Of a stretch of DNA of 64,000 nt, positions 11,001 to 23,719 are shown one piece after another. The stretch comes from Monocercomonoides exilis PA203. Taxonomy: Eukaryota; Protista; Preaxostyla. A model generated the notes under the pieces. That model was not told the DNA's origin. It was given only the letters and a program-made list of their open reading frames with translations, and made no database searches. Location of the stretch: contig LSRY02000003.1 of NCBI GenBank assembly GCA_001643675.2, positions 558,001-622,000 of the forward strand. Reading direction: 5' to 3'. Made by a program: the position numbers and the translations under genes. Numbering within the stretch: position 1 is the first letter of the stretch; the number at the start of each line of letters is the position of its first letter.

Positions 11001-13333
11001 ACATTGTATCTGCAAATTCCTCATTAAGTATCAGACAATCATCGTTTCAAAACATATCCAGAGATTCTATGGGCCCATGCTGCCTGGCTGCTTCACTTTC
11101 ATCACTATTGCTCGAATTAGAGAACTGCTCATGCAAAAAATGCGTCTCTCCCTCAGATAAAGGGAGCATCTCCGCTTTGTCTGGCCTATCCAATGCAAGC
11201 ATAACTTCGTGTGCATTTGAGGGAGAAACTGACCAGCAACAACTCAGGTCCAATTCATATTCATTCAAAGGTTTGTGCAAGTGGAATGGCTCCATGATCG
11301 ATCTTCTCAATTGCTCGGGAGCAATAAAAGACACCACAATCGCCAATTCGTCCAAGGGAGGGCTGTCGATCTCTGGTGGAAACATTTCCATTCAGTTTGG
11401 ACTCTTTTCCGGCAACAATCCAAACGCTGCTGGATACCCATCAATCAGAAACAACGTTATCTGTTCACACAACGCACTCCTGAACATCATCAGCCTCAAG
11501 GGAGGAGATGGCTTTCTCCTCAACACCTCAATGTGGATTGCAGGCGACGATTGCACGCTTGCAGGCTTGGCCTCAGAAAGGCTTTCCCCATTCTTCATCC
11601 CACAGCTGCACTCAGTTAACTCACATATCCAAGGTGATGCACTTTCTCTGGATCTCATCGGCTCTTCACTCCTCCCCTGCCATCTGCTCCTCCAGATCGA
11701 TTCCATCGACGGCTCCCTCCATCAACTCAAGACATATCCGCTGCAAGCAGAACTCTTTGAAAATGAAACAGAAATCCATGCAGTCATCCCAGCCTCAATC
11801 GTGACTTCGGTGCCTGACACCACAGAAGTGGCTGTAAGCATCCTGTTTGGAAGCCCAAATGCCACAGCATCTACAACACAATTTCTTTTGAAGAATGCGA
11901 GCATTACTCCACCAAAAGGAGATGAAAAAATTGTTGAAAGTGGAAAAAAAGAAAAATCATCATGGGCGTTGATTGTGATTGTGATATTTGCTGTAATGTT
12001 TTTAATTGTTCTTGTTGTTTCAATTGTTCTGGCTATTCGATGGAGAAAGGTGAAGAATGAAGCAGAAGATCTGAGAGAGATTGTGAATGACAACATCAGA
12101 AAGGATCCGAAGGCATTTGAGATGGTGACGATGGAGATGTCACCAGAGGAGCAGTGGAGGAGAGCCGAGAGAGAAGCAGAGAAGAAGAATGAAGAGAGAA
12201 TGAAAAAGAGAGTGTATGAGAAAAGCTTGGGACATTCAGAGTCATCTGAGCATCTTCTGTCTGAGAGTGGCTCAACAGAATACATTCTGGGAAGAGATTC
12301 AGACAAGATTCCTGAATGGGCGCTGGAAAAGGTTGAAGAAGAGGAAATTAGAAAACAGACTCCATCACCATCAATTTCTTCGACATGTTCAACTGATTCC
12401 GATTCAACATTTGTTCGTGGGGAAGATTTGTGTCCGACCACCTCGTCCATGTCGAATCTGGTGGATGCAATGGCGTGCTCATCTCCTCATGAGAAGCTGA
12501 TTGTGGACTTAAGGGATTCGCTGTTCATGTTATTACATGGGTGGAATGAGAAGAAAGAGATGGCGATTGGAAGTATTCAACAAAGAGAGCAGACAGCTGC
12601 TCAGATCCTGTTCTGGGTGGCCAATCTTGCGCTTTACTCCTTTGATGAGATGGATAACGGATTATCTTCGCTGGCCAATCTGAGTCCACATATCGTTCTC
12701 TTCTCTGAACACATGGTCATATGCATTGCACTTCATTCGGATTGCTCCTCAGACTCAGACACTTCATCCATCTCTTCATCAACTGTTGTCACATCAACAT
12801 CTGATTGCTCCACTGTGAATAGAAATGGGAAAGACTCGCCACCTCCATCATCAGCATTTGAGGATGAGGATGACAATAGAAAAGAGTGTATGAGATGGAA
12901 GGCGCCGGAGCTGCTGATCAACAAGAAGATGGGAGCAACAAAGGAATCAGTTGTGTTCTCGATTGGGATAATGCTGTGGGAGTGTTTGACGCTGGAGATC
13001 CCGTTTGGGGAGTATGAGGCAGAGGTGGCAGGACAGAAGATTGTGAATGGGGAGAGGCCAAATATCGACAGGATCTGCAGTTCGTCTTTTGCCAGCTTGG
13101 CAAAGGAATGCTGGTCGCGTGCACCTGGAGACAGACCATCGCTCGAAAGCCTCAAGAGGATCTTCATTCAGCACTTCCCTGCAGGCGCTGTCATGCTCAC
13201 AATGTCTGATGCTGTCGACTTCGAGCCTGACACCGATTATGGATATCGTGGCAGCTTCCTTCTCCAATCTGCCACTGCTTCATCAGATGCAACAGCAACA
13301 GTAACACACGCAAACACACAACACAATTGCTAA
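5057..13333 (+). CDS. Giant type I membrane receptor-like pseudokinase (signal peptide, Cys-rich GGA(I/V/L) beta-helix-like ectodomain, single TM, kinase C-lobe); one in-frame TGA at 7412-7414, so possibly a recent pseudogene
   Basis: ORFs 5057-7414 and 7424-13333 share a frame and are separated only by TGA GGA GGA GCA. The N-terminus is hydrophobic. CxFxxC...GGA(I/V/L) repeats occur on both sides of the stop. TM segment WALIVIVIFAVMFLIVLVVSIVLAIRW (~11960-12040), then RWKAPEL, VFSIGIMLWECLTLEIPF and CWSRAPGDRPS. Confidence 0.85.
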
Positions 13334-13700
13334 GCAAGCATGCTCCTAACGATTCCTCGATTCAGTAACGCTCTTGAGCCTTGCTTTCAGGGAAATGCTT
13401 ATTTTCTGTTGTTCGTTCATAGGATTCAAAATGATACGATTCCCAAGAATGCTTCAAATTAAGTCTTTGAAGAGACTGAAATTACAAATTCGCCAAAACA
13501 CAGCCAAATATATAGTAGTATCAGATCATTCATCTTTCGGTGCATTACATTGGGTATTTGAATGATCAGCAGCAATCTGCAGGTGCAAATCAGCGGCTTT
13601 TGTTATGAAAAATGAAGTTGATAGTTAAAAATAAAGCTCTGTCAGAACACTTCCAATCGAAAAAGAAGGAAAGCCATGCATATGAATGAAACGATCACAA

Positions 13701-15049
13701 TTATTGTGAAAGAAAAGTCAATTCTGAAACAGGTGAAAAAAATCGTTGAAAATTCTGTTGTTGCAGCCGAGATGCTGCACACCAGTTGTTGGAATATCCT
13801 TGATTCATTTGTTGTGTTTTGTTGAAAGTTTCATCGCTATTATTATTATTATTATTTTTTTTCATTATTTTTCTTTTGAGTATTTTTTGATGTTGGGCAT
13901 CGAGTTGCTTGCTGCCCCATCTCATCAACTTGCTGGACTCTTTGCTCAATTTCCAATTCAGATCAATTTATAAATTAAACTTTCTGCAGCATGTTTATCA
14001 AATTTGTCTTTATCTCTTGATTCATCAATCCATGAAACTGCATAGCTTCTTCTTCAAATGATCATAAGATCCAATTTCATTGACCTCTCAAAACTTCCCT
14101 TCAACTTTCCTTTTCCATTATATGTCTTTCTTTTATTTTGGCTTTTTCTTCCAACAAGCAGCCGAAAACACATCCCCTTCTCTGTCTCAGTCAAACCATA
14201 TCAGAATATCAGGCCAATTGCTTTCGAACTGTTAGAAATTAAAATGAAGGCTGCTGTCCAATGAGGCACATCCGTTGCAAGATGTTCCCCTTTTTATTCA
14301 TTTTTGAATTAAAAGAAGACGCGAGGCAGCATTGAAATGATTAAAAAAGAATTTCTATTCTTGGCATTATAAATTTCATTTGCTTTTTTCCCCTGAGTAA
14401 CGCTTTCAAATCATAAATCCAAACTCAAACAAGAAGACACTCCAGCCTGATTTCAGCACTAATATCACCGCTGATCTTTCATTTTATTTTCCCCTCTTTC
14501 AGAACTCCTCCCATTGGATGTTTTTTTTTTCCTGCTTTCTTCAAGTATTTTTTTTTCCTCTTCAAGAACGAATGAGCTGAAATGCCTCTGTATCTTGTGC
14601 TGGCTCACAAATAATCCAGGATTGCACGCCCTTGAACTGCTTTTCATATTTCCCGTAAAAAGAAACATATTCTCTCGCGTCATGAATCAGCTTTGAACTA
14701 CAGCCATCCTTCATGTCATCTTATCCGTTCAAATAAAAAATTGTAATTGTGAAGCTCGCTCGCAACTTCTGTCATTTCAAGCTCATTCAAAAGTTGTAAT
14801 CCTCTGACAAACACAAGTTCTACAATCATTTTGATCTGAGTTCTGCATTCTAGTGGTGATCCATTGACTCTGATGCGACAGATCAAAGCAAAAGGACAAC
14901 TGCTTCCACACATATTTTTGGTTGTTTTTTTTTTGGGTGTGCAAATTGCAAGACGTCGTTGCTTCTGTAACCAATTTGGTAACTTTGTTAAGTCTTGGCA
15001 AAGCCTTCTTCTTATATAAGTTTTTTCTGTTAAAATACAATTTATTCAT
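13701..15049 (-). pseudogene. Degenerate coding-like remnant, unidentified
   Basis: Chain of short same-strand ORFs (14783-15049, 14716-14913, 14465-14683, 13701-13949) with coding-like composition broken by stops and frameshifts. No motif recognised. Confidence 0.3.
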
Positions 15050-15796
15050 TCATTCTGCCTTCTACTCCTGTTCGATTTCCAAATAGAAAAATTAGCGCAT
15101 GCAATATGTAAAGGATTCCAGAAAAAGAATATTTTTGACTGACTAATAAGCACGACAACTCCAAGTTAAAGAACCAAAACTGAAAATAATAAATAGTAGG
15201 TAACGAAGGAAGATAGAAATATCAATCATGAAAAAACGAGCAGTGCAGCGTAAATAAAAATCAATGCTGTTCTCTAGGACTTTTAAAACCGGGAATGCTT
15301 TGGATGAACCGCAATATTCAAAACTATTTGCTTCAATTGACTCTGCCTTTGAAAGGCGACTTTCAATTATCAAGGGATGAAACTGAGAAATAAATCAAAG
15401 GATTGTTTTTTTAAAATCCATTTTGCATAATAATAAGCTTGCTAGCATTTAGCATATGTGTTTGTAACTTGATCGTAAGCCAATATAAAAAGATTCACAT
15501 TTATCAAAAAATATTTTTCCTGTATTCCTGAGAGAAACAGCAAAGAAGAGAAAAGAATCTGTCAACAGTTTGAAGAATTCATAAAAAAAATTTAAATTTC
15601 AACTTCTGCTTTTTAAGTTTTAACAGAATAAGAAAATTTTTTATTTTTTGAATGATAAATAAAAAAAACTGAGGAGTGTTCAAAAAAAGAATATTCAAAA
15701 CATAATTTTCATTTTGATATAAAATTATAATGTATTGAAAATTTAGAAAAAATTGTTGAAAATTCAGATATCTTTTATGATTTACAAATTAAATGA

Positions 15797-18700
15797 TTAT
15801 AAATCTTTGATATCTTCAACACCAAATCGAGCGGCTTCAAACTCGTTAAGTCCAATTACACACAAGTTTTCGTCACTTCCTTCAATTTTTACTACCTTTT
15901 TATTCACAAGATGCAAAAGGGCATGCAGTTTCCTGCATACCTCTGTCTCATTATCCCCTCTGACAACTTCTTTAAACAATATTTTATGCTCCAGCAGTCC
16001 ACTTTCCTTTCTGCTATCTGTTTCCTGCCTCTCTTCAGGAAATCCCCTTGCAGCATACATCGCTTCTTGGGTGTGCTTCATTTGCTGCAAAGTGATTGTC
16101 ACATCACGACAGTAGTTGTTGAGAGAAAACGGTTTTTCCTTCGACTTAAAAAAAGAAAGAAAGAAAGAAAGAAAAAATTTCCATTAACAAATAGAATAAA
16201 TTGAAAGAGATGAAAAAGAAATGACATAAAAAAATAATAATAAAATTAAAATAAAAAATAAAAAATAAAAAAAAAAAAAAAAGCAAACATGTTTGTCTAT
16301 TTGATTTGTTATGTGCTTTTGCCACAATGTTGCTGATTTTGTAATCTTCGATTCGTTTTTCCATGCCTCGCTTTCAGTCAAAAATGTTGACTTTCGCAAA
16401 GAATACAAATATAAATAAATAAATAAATAAATTAGAAAATACAAATGATGTAAATAAGCCAATATATAAACATGAAAAATAATAAAAAAAATATTCAAAA
16501 AAAAAAAGAAAAAAGAAAAAGAAAAAGAAAAAGAAAAGAAAAGAAAAAGAAAAGAAAAGAAAAAGAAAAGAAAAGAAAAGAAAAGAAAAGAAAAGAAAAG
16601 AAAAGAAAGAAAAGAAAAGAAAAGAAAAGAAAAGAAAAGAAAAGAAAAGAAAAGAAAAGAAAAGAAAAGAAAAGAAAAGAAAAGAAAAGAAAAGAAAAGA
16701 AAAGAAAAGAAAAGAAAAGAAAAGAAAAGAAAAGAAAAGAAAAGAAAAGAAAATTCTGAAATTATGACTTTTAAACAAAAAATGAATAAAAAAAACTATG
16801 TTAAAAAATTATGAATTTTCTTCATGCATACCACATGTTTTTTCGCAAACAATTCCACATCTCTCTTCGCAACATCAAAAGCACCTTCAGAAAATTCAAT
16901 TTCATCCAGATTTCTTTCGTCACTTCTCAAAATCTGGCTCATCTCCTTTGTTTCGCTCCTTTCACCTTCTTCTTCTTCGTTGCTCATTGGCATTCCATAA
17001 AGCATTCCTCCAGTCAATTCATTGTCTCCTTCTGACACCCCAGCCATATTCTCTTCGCCTCTTTTATCTCCATCTTTCTCCTTCTTAGCCCCGACTCCAT
17101 CTTCAGTGACTTTGCTGTTTTCTTCTCTTTCATCTCCTCTTTTGCTTGTCGCATCGTCCTCATCATCGTCATTATCCAACCCTCCAAAATCAGCCCCCAA
17201 ATCATCATCCATTGCACCGCCCTCAGCCGCCAGCGCATCAGCAGACATCGCCACCTCCCTCTCAATCCCCATCACCACGCGTTCCTCCTCCTGCAGCCCT
17301 GTTCTTTCTCCTTCTCTGCCGTCTTTCCCTTCTCTTGATTCATCATCTTCAATTGTTCTTTCATCTAACTGTGCATTTTCATCACCTTTCCCCTTCTCAT
17401 TCTCTGATGCTTCTCCTCTTTTTTCGTATCCCTTTGACACAAATTCCATCAACTCTCTTCGGCGCTCTTCTTTTTCCTTCAAGCTTATTCCATCTCTTTC
17501 AATCATGTTCTCCATTAAACTCGCTACCATTTTCTTCTTCTTCTCAATCATTTTCCTTCTTTCTGCCTCTCCTTCTGCTCCTTTCTCTCTTTCTCTCCTT
17601 TTTCTGTCTCTTTCTCTCTGCTTCCTTCGCTTTTCTTCCAGTTTTTCGTTGACTTCAGCTTCTCTTTGCTTGCATCTGACCAGTTCAGTAGACAATGCCT
17701 CAATAAACTCATTTTCTGTCTCAAATTCCTTTTGCTTCATCCAAACTGAATCAAACAGCTCGTCTTTCTCGCTTTTCACTTCAGAAGAAGAAGATGATGA
17801 AGCAGAGGCGGAAGCAGAATTAGCTTCTTGTGCTTCGTCTTCTTCCTTTGCTTCTTCATTATCTGATTTGCTTTCAGTATTTGCTTGCTTTAAAATTGGT
17901 GTTAGAGAAGTCGGAGCAAGTGAATAAAGTGACGGAGGTAGCAATTGGAAAGCGTTTGATAACACAGATGAAGATGTCAAAGAAGATGAACTTGATGAAG
18001 AAGGCGTCGGAGGAGCTGTGACAAGATGATAAGTTTCTGAGAGAAGTTGGAACATCAGCGGGTTTCCTTTGATTGCTGGCTGAACGAAGTCTGGAAGATC
18101 CACTTGCTTCACTGGAAATGGTTTGCATTTTGTTAATCGATGATTTTTTTTCCCCCATCGAATATCATTTGGTTTTTTAAAAAAAAGATTGATTTTGCAT
18201 TATAAAGGAAAGAAAATTAAAAAAAAATATAAAAATAACAAAATTAGAATGAATAAATAATCAAATTAAATCCAATAAAACAAAACAGAAAAAAGTTGAT
18301 TTCAAAACAAATAGAGAATTTTTATAATTTCATTTGCACACTCTTTTCAAACGGTCTGTAAAGCCCAGTTTTTCTTCTTAATAACTCCCTCTTCTTCTCT
18401 TCTTCTTTCACTCGGTCTTTCTTTTTCTTTGCCAACTCATCTTTTCTCAATCTCCTTCGAAGTTCGTTCATTTCTCTGATTCTTGCCCTGCTTTCTTCGT
18501 CTTCTGCATCATCTTCGTTCTCTTTCATTTCTATTTCTTCTTTTTCAGCCTCTTCCAAACTGCCTTCTTCGCCTTCTCCTTCTCCTTCTCCTTCCATCAG
18601 GTTCGCCAGAGTCGATGCAGTGTCCCCAAGCACTAAGCTTCCGTCACTCAAAATAAGGTTTTCCGCGGTTGCATCGTTGGCATCGTACTCTGCCCAAGGA

Positions 18701-21008
18701 TCGTCCTATAAAACAACAGAAAATTGAAGAATTGTTGAATTGATAAGATGAATAAATATTGTGTAAAAAAATAAACATCATTTGGCAAAAATTAATTGCT
18801 AATTCATTTATCCAATTTCTCAAATACATTTTCAGAAATATAATTATTTTTTTTAAATAAAAAGCTCCAAAGAAATCCTTTTCTAAAAACTTTCCTTATT
18901 TCCAAACAAACCAATCCGAGCTTTACCACTGCCAATTCTGCTTTTCTCTTCTTTTCCTCTGCATCAGCTTCATCTCCTTTTTCATTTTCATTCTCTTTTT
19001 CTTTTGAAATTACTTCTTTCACAGGATTGATAGCATCTCCCCTGTTTTCTCTTCTCCTCTCCATTTCTTTTTCTTCTTTTTCAGAAACAACCAAAGAGCC
19101 ATCCACATTTGTCGCTTTTCTCGCTTTCTTGCCTTCTTCTGAATCTTCGTCGTTTATTCCAGCTGAATCGCAATCAGCAGCATTTAATTGCGTACAAATA
19201 ATTATTTATTTTGATGATCAAAAAATTGTTCAAGAAAAAACCGGAGTGGCATTAAATCAATCAAAAAGAAAACAGAAAAAGAATAATAAATTTATAGTAT
19301 GATAAAAAAATACTCAAATAATAATTATTATTATTGTTACAATTATAATGAAAGAAAAAATTATAACACTGCCATAGGAATAAACAAACAAATAAATGAC
19401 AAAATCTCTTTCATTCAAATTCAAACCATTCATGATTTCGTCATCGTCATCATCATCCTCTTCTTCTTTATCTTCTTTTCCATCTTTCTTTTTGCTGCTT
19501 TGTTCTTCGTCTTCGCCGTCTGTCATATCCCCTCCCACATCATCCACAATTCCACTCAGCTCGTCGCATTCTTCCATCCTCATCATCATCATTGCCAAGC
19601 CTTGCGGCTTCTGATCAATTCCTCCAAACACTTCAGTCCCAGAAAAATCAACGCTGTTCTCACCGTCGATAGTCATCCTCGATGCCAAAGCATTGTTTTC
19701 GTTGCCTTCGATTCTTTTGCTTCCTTCTTCAGCGACATTTTCCAGAATATCACTGCTTCTTGCTCTGCTTTCGTTTTCGCTCTCTTCCAGTAAATTGTCT
19801 GCCTCTTGGATGAACACTGGCCCGATCATTGTTCTTCTCTCTGATAAACTGGGATTGCCAAATGAAAGAGTGGATCTTCTGTCTGCTGGAGAGGATGGAA
19901 AGGGCGAGGACTGAGCTGCGGCCAATGGAGATAATTGCGGCGCTTTCGTCGATTTCTGAAGATTCTCAGAAGGATTTTGATTCAACATCGAAGATGAAGC
20001 ATGCTGCGAAGACAGCTGTCCATGTGATGTAACATTTATAAGATTGTGCCGAGCATATAATGGAAATGAGCCCATCAACTGAGAACCTGATGGATGCATT
20101 GAAAAACTTGTCATCTTTTTGTCAGAAATTGAAGTGATAGAATTTAAATTAGAGTTAAAAAAATATGTCAGCAAAATTCCTGAGGACCTTCTTCTTTGAT
20201 GAAAAAAATGCAAACCCATTGCGAAGGATCATTTCTCTCTGCTTTTATCTCTGGCGTTGGAGATAAAGAAAAAAAAGAAGGAGTGAACGAACAAGCAGGC
20301 TCAAACGGGATAGGTGCAGGCTCATCCTGAAGCAGAATTTTGTTTGAAACTATTTATTTTTTTGTAAAAAGATCTTATTTTCATCTTCATAAATATTCAT
20401 CATTATACCTTTCATTGAATCATCAAGGAGGTCAAATGGCGAATCTAAAAGATCTTCTCTCCATTGTTTTCTTCCCTTCGATTGCCTGAAAATATCTCGA
20501 ATTTGTTGACCACCGACTTCTATATTTTCTTCGTCCTCTTCATTTTCTGCTTCATCAGAAATTTGAACATGCAAATCCTTTGTGACTGAACCTTCTCCGG
20601 ATTGAATCATTCTTTCTAATGTCTGATATAATAGAGAAAAGAGATATTCGACTTTTCTCGAGTAAATTGAAGCAGTTCCCTGTACCAATCTTGCAGCTAA
20701 ATATTCAAAATTTAAATATGTATTCGTAAAAATTCTTGTGTTAACCTTCGAAAAAATTGATTGATGGCTTTCTATCATCAATATTAATTTTAATATTCTG
20801 AATATTCGTCAAGTATTGTTCTAATTCTTGTGCAATGTCGATATTCCAATTATCTGCTAAATTTCTTTTATAAATGCAAAAATAATTTTAAATAATTTCA
20901 TGTCCATATTTATATTTAATCGATAAATAAAACAGATTTGAAATGTCAAGTGAACCTTAGTGGTTGAAGTAAAAGACCGTATTGAGATTCCAAATTTGTA
21001 TCAATCAT
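15797..21008 (-). CDS. NCAPH2: Condensin II complex subunit H2 (kleisin CAP-H2), multi-exon
   Basis: The spliced N-terminus LLQPLRNLADNWNIDIAQELEQYL...[32 protein letters not shown] matches the CAP-H2 N-terminal signature. The C-terminal FKEVVRGDNETEVCRKLHALLHLVNKKVVKI matches the winged-helix end. ATG at 21008; GT-AG introns. Confidence 0.9.
16501..16752. repeat. (AAAAG)n microsatellite in an NCAPH2 intron
   Basis: ~250 bp of near-perfect pentamer repeat; reads (CTTTT)n on the sense strand. Confidence 0.95.
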
Positions 21009-21324
21009 ATTATATTAAGGGCTGTTTTTCAATGATAATTTAAATTTGACTTGTATAAACATGATAAATTTTATTGAAAACAAATCAGTCAATAATTTTC
21101 TTGTAATTTTTTTTTTAAAAAAAAAATTGAGAATTCGAAAATTATTGTTTGATTGTTTCTTTGAATGACAATTATCTCTTAAAAATCATGATGCTAAAAA
21201 GATTGAATTTTTGAAAAAAAATTTTTTTATTAGTCACCTCATAATTCAATGAGCACTAGCAGACTTTTCAAAGAGCTTTTTTATATTTTCTGTGAATTGA
21301 TATAAATAGAAAAAAAAGAAAGAA

Positions 21325-21660
21325 ATGAATAAAATAATCAAATGGATCCAAACATTGCAGCCTTTCTCCAATTCTTGTTCATTATCAAAAGTTGAGTATT
21401 CTGAACGTATTGGAAGCATTGTTCGAGTTTATCAAGCAGCACATGAAAATTACACAATTTTTAATGTCAAATACATTACGACATTTTCATATGCGGAAAT
21501 CAACTTATCTTTCAAGATTGAAAACTTATTAAAAGGTGGGGCAGCTGATGTTTGTATGTTAGTAATTATTCAATCAATGTCGAAAGATGAAATTTTATTT
21601 GAGATCACAAAACATATTTACACAGATTCAAATAAATTGAAAGATAAAGAGGATCATTGA
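21325..21660 (+). pseudogene. Fragment of the lineage-specific helical multi-copy family
   Basis: KIENLLKGGAADVCMLVIIQS resembles KVDHLLESGAINAVLEEMQRS (52025-52366) and LVRSGATGCVLEEMSQS (55393-56130). Truncated. Confidence 0.55.
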
Positions 21661-22517
21661 AAGAAAAAGAGCAAAGAAAAATCAAAAAAATGAAAATGAT
21701 TGAAAAGATGAGTGATTGTTTTGATTGAATGTTATTTCTTTAAATAATTTCGATTTGAAAATTTCCTTTGAATATCAATAAAAAACGCTGAAAATGAGAA
21801 TGTTTATTCTAAGGCTGGGTGACTGACTGACTTTGATTTGAAAAAAAGCGATATTTGACTGACGTGATGATAAAAATATCCTATCAGAAAAAATTTTAAA
21901 ACGATTTCAGTTTAATTTTTAATAACAGAATAATTTCAATTTGCTTAATGATTCACAATAATTATATTTTTTAAAAAAACGATTAATTGAAGTTTTTGAA
22001 ATTTTAACTTTTGATTATTTAATTATGGGGAACTGACGGAAATGACGAAGGCGGATAATTTTGATCAAAAAACGTCAATGGAGACAGTGGGGAGCAGTGT
22101 CACAGAAAAATATTCAATGGGTGATAATTGCATTTCTCTTGAAAAAGGACTGCAAAACATCCTATCAAATGCTTTCATCGTTTGATCTTTACGGAATTAA
22201 GATATATTTCAAATGACATATTTCATTCCTCCATTGAAGTTTTTCTTATGAACAATTAATCGACGAAGAAGGAAAATATCAAAATATCAACACTTATCAA
22301 TCAAAATAAATCAGTAACTTATCTGAAAATTAGAGCATTTTATTTTCGTGTTTGCACAAATCCTCATTCTTCAAAGTTATTATTCATATTTTATTTTCAT
22401 ATCTGATAAGAAGGTTAAGAGCATCAAAATTTGAAATAATAAAAATATCCTACTAAAATGAACCTTCTGTTAAGTTCTAATTGTTCAAAAACAATTAAAT
22501 TTGCCATTTCAGTTCAA

Positions 22518-22799
22518 GATATGGGGGAAAATTCGGACTTTCAAGCTTTTTATGCACAAAGCAAGAAAAAATTGTTTATCTTATAACATTACTAAACTTT
22601 CTCAGATTTCAAAATAAATTTGATTTTCAAATCCGAAAACATGTATCGTTGAAATCAAAATGTTAAGTTTTCCAATATTTCATGAATGCCAAAAAATGGA
22701 CTGATTTTTGATAAGTTTTTTTTAATCTCAAAAAGTCAATGAAAAGTGCATAATTTTTTAATGAAAATGCCTGAAGTGAAATATCTTGCACCATATATC
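22518..22799. mobile_element. MITE-like repeat, family A copy 2
   Basis: Colinear, same-orientation similarity to 3256-3536; ends GATATGGGGGAAAAT / ATATCTTGCACCATATATC. Confidence 0.65.
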
Positions 22800-23719
22800 G
22801 ATTTCTTTAAATTTCAAGAAACATTCTATCTTTCCACATGACAATCAAATCCATGATAGATCTCCGTTCTTTTTCTCCATCTTCTTCATCCTCCGCATCT
22901 TCTCCTTTTCTCTTCATTGCATCATCATCATTTATGTATTTCACTATCAATCCATTATTTTAATCTTCTTCATCTTTTCCTTCCTGAACTTTCTTCTAAC
23001 TTTTTAATTCATCCACAGAAGGACACAATTTCAATCGTTATCCATCTTTTAAAAATGGTGAATTGCAGCAACTGATTGATCCTTTGGTTACGAATGTTTT
23101 CACTGTTGTTTTTAATAGACAACGAATATATGGACGAATGCGACGAGGTGTTTTTATTGATGCTTCTTGTTTCTGGTACTATGCAGTTATAATATCTTAG
23201 AGGTGTGTCTTCATCTTTTTCGTATACTCATCTTCTTTTTCCGAAACGAAATATATCTTTTCTTCTTCATTCTCAATGCAAAGAAGAGAAGAGAAGAATA
23301 CAGAAGAGGCAGAAGGAGATGAGCAGTCATTGTTGTCTATGATGCTAACTCGAGAAATCAGCCATTCCGACGTGTCTGCAACGTGATGGGAAATATCGAA
23401 TAAGGATTCACATTATTTATCGAGAAGGATCTATGAAAATTATTGGAATTAGCTCTGCGAGCTATTTGAGTTGTGCAATAATGTTCGCTTTCATTGATAA
23501 AAGCGCTGGATGAGGAAAAGTCAGTTGTTTCCTGATCTTCATAGCGGAAAATATAAACGTGCTCCTGTCGATCATCTGATAAATTTTCTCACTCTCCTTT
23601 TCCAACGAAGATTTTGCAACAAGCATTGCTATCTATCCAGTCAACTCTTTAAGTGGAAAACAACTCAAAGAAGCGATATAAAAAGTACAACATTGTGAGG
23701 AACAAAATAAATTGCATTA

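Noticed and set aside
16374-16778. ORFs such as 16374-16778, 16472-16759, 46510-46893, 48156-48530 and 49182-49587
   Set aside because: Translations of intronic microsatellites.
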